Notes under the pieces: model-generated
The model's database searches: none
What the model was told of the DNA's origin: nothing
What the model saw: the letters and a program-made list of their open reading frames with translations, nothing else
DNA from: an uncultured Actinomycetes bacterium
Lineage (GTDB): Bacteria > Actinomycetota > UBA4738 > HRBIN12
Assembly: GCA_963704885.1 (NCBI GenBank)
Contig: CAVPIB010000004.1
Span: 416,001 to 480,000, forward strand
DNA: 64,000 bases
Direction: 5' to 3'
Shown here: positions 62,949 to 64,000 of the stretch, in pieces
Numbering within the stretch: the first letter of the stretch is position 1
Layout: every line of letters begins with the position of its first letter
Translations under genes and position numbers: made by a program

Positions 62949-63074
62949 ATGGCAGAGAAGCGGATCACACCTGAGAAGCCCAAGGCCGCGGGGTCGAAGG
63001 CGGTAGATCGAACCGCTGAGCGCAAGAGCTTGAAGAAGATCTCGCGCAAGAAGATCTCCAAGAAGAAGCATTAG
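62949..63074 (+). CDS. Lys-rich repeat peptide 2 (41 aa), candidate precursor: MAEKRITPEKPKAAGSKAVDRTAERKSLKKISRKKISKKKH
   Basis: Translated by hand (not in the ORF track); SD GGAGGTG; N-terminus and KK(I/L)S repeats shared with peptide 1. Confidence 0.8.
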   Translation: MAEKRITPEKPKAAGSKAVDRTAERKSLKKISRKKISKKKH

Positions 63075-63092
63075 CGAGCGTTCAAGCGAAGC

Positions 63093-63119
63093 ACGGGCCC
63101 GGTCTTCGACCGGGCCCGT
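63093..63119 (+). terminator. Terminator-like hairpin after peptide 2
   Basis: ACGGGCCCGGTC-ttc-GACCGGGCCCGT, perfect 12-bp stem. Confidence 0.7.
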
Positions 63120-63160
63120 TCCGTTGGTGACGATCCGTTCGCCCGACTAGGCTACGCCAG

Positions 63161-63868
63161 ATGGCGAAGGCTGCTGCCGCGACGACCGCTCTCGAGAACG
63201 CGCTCATCGGCTCCCCCTACCTGCGAGACGTACCAAGGCCGGCGGTCGCAGGACTGGCCGAGCGTTGCCTTGTCCGCCATTACCGTCGCAATACATACCT
63301 CTGCCATCAGGGCGACCCGGCGCCGGACGTCTTCTTCCTCCTTGAGGGCCGGGTCGAGATCAGCTCTGTTGCAGCCAACGGCAGCCGCGTGCTGCATGCC
63401 ACGCTCGACACTCCACAGTTCCTCGGGGAGCTCGGTGTCCTGGGCGATATCGCCCGGACGGCGAGCGCATTGGCGCTCGAGGACGTCACCATCGCGGTCG
63501 TGCACTCCGAGGACTTCCTGTCCTTCCTCACGCAGGAACCCTCAGCCGCGCGGAACGTACTCAGGGCGCTCGCCCGTCAGGTTCACGCTGACCAGTCGCT
63601 CGTGGACGACCTGCTCTTCCTCGACCTCAAGGGACGGGTAGCCAAGCGCCTGCTCCAGATGGTGACGCCCAGCCTCGACGATCTGCCCGATAACGGGGTC
63701 GTGGTCCCGACCGTCACGCACGCAGACCTCGCCAGCCTCTGCGGAGGCAGCCGCGAGAACGTCACCCGGGTCCTCAGCGAGTTCCAGCGTCGAGGCCTCG
63801 TCGACAAGGACGGGCGGCGCTACGTGCTGAAGAAGGTCGATGGCTTGGCGAAGATCGCCGGTCTCTGA
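63161..63868 (+). CDS. Crp/Fnr family transcriptional regulator (cAMP receptor type)
   Basis: GELGVL...ARTASA cNMP pocket; HTH recognition helix SRENVTR; TAGGCT 7 nt before ATG. Confidence 0.92.
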   Translation: MAKAAAATTALENALIGSPYLRDVPRPAVAGLAERCLVRHYRRNTYLCHQGDPAPDVFFLLEGRVEISSVAANGSRVLHATLDTPQFLGELGVLGDIARTASALALEDVTIAVVHSEDFLSFLTQEPSAARNVLRALARQVHADQSLVDDLLFLDLKGRVAKRLLQMVTPSLDDLPDNGVVVPTVTHADLASLCGGSRENVTRVLSEFQRRGLVDKDGRRYVLKKVDGLAKIAGL

Positions 63869-63886
63869 CGGGGGAACGAAGAACCG

Positions 63887-64000
63887 CTATCCCTCATCCT
63901 CCGGCATCGTCAAGCCCGGAAGATCGCGCACCGATACGCGCTTGGCCGCGACGTCGACGTCGACGACTACCTCTCGGATGGCGGGGATCAGCGTCTCGGT
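63887..64000 (-). CDS. rimM: Ribosome maturation factor RimM, 3' end (truncated by the window edge)
   Basis: Hand translation ...TETLIPAIREVVVDVDVAAKRVSVRDLPGLTMPEDEG*, PRC-barrel-like end; expected position upstream of trmD. Confidence 0.8.
   Translation of the reverse strand, partial: TETLIPAIREVVVDVDVAAKRVSVRDLPGLTMPEDEG

Noticed and set aside
62462-63071. Minus-strand ORFs with FLWLS or LLVAE repeats (62462-62776, 62484-63071, 62777-63061)
   Set aside because: Antisense shadows of the Lys-rich peptide genes, which have the SD sites and the paralogy.
62628-63074. Assignment to a known RiPP class (lanthipeptide, lasso, graspetide, daptide, thiopeptide)
   Set aside because: No Cys, no acidic acceptors in the repeats, no C-terminal Thr, and no class-defining enzymes nearby.
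63126-63142. Crp autoregulatory site before crp
   Set aside because: GGTGA has no matching half-site at 6-bp spacing.
59931-63868. Pycsar/CBASS-type anti-phage system (cNMP-binding membrane effector)
   Set aside because: No nucleotide cyclase or CD-NTase in the block; CRP boxes and peptide genes point to regulation or processing. Not fully excluded if a cyclase acts in trans.

Overview
High-GC window that looks like a deep-branching Actinomycetota chromosome segment (DUF2469, DUF503, WhiG-type sigma factor, Eis). The backbone is the conserved minus-strand housekeeping array rimM-trmD-rplS-lepB-rnhB-DUF2469-yraN-comM-dprA-xerC-whiG-M23-rpsB-tsf-pyrH-frr-cdsA-dxr-rseP-ispG-proS-rimP-nusA-ylxR-infB-rbfA-nrnA-truB-ribF-rpsO-pnp-M16-dapB-dapA-rnj-ftsK, with several accessory inserts. 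The standout insert (59565-63868) splits rimM from trmD. It encodes an RRE/PqqD-like + M50 intramembrane metalloprotease + two cNMP-binding domain fusion, a 70-aa Cys-rich protein, two paralogous Lys-rich repeat peptides (50 and 41 aa; the second is absent from the ORF track), a divergent 68-aa ORF and a cAMP-type Crp. Seven CRP-box-like TGTGA-N6-TCACA sites lie in its intergenic DNA, two of them at exactly -41.5 from a -10-like hexamer. It is a candidate cyclic-nucleotide-controlled peptide-processing (RiPP-like) system. Also present: a TrpL leader/attenuator before trpE, a PAP2-kinase/PAP2/flippase-like locus, two tandem paralogues of unknown function, widespread leaderless-type promoters, and frameshifts in four genes (ftsK, PIG-L, GNAT, yjbQ) that may be assembly errors. 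No rRNA, tRNA, CRISPR array or transposase was seen. All family calls come from motif recognition by eye, not database searches.
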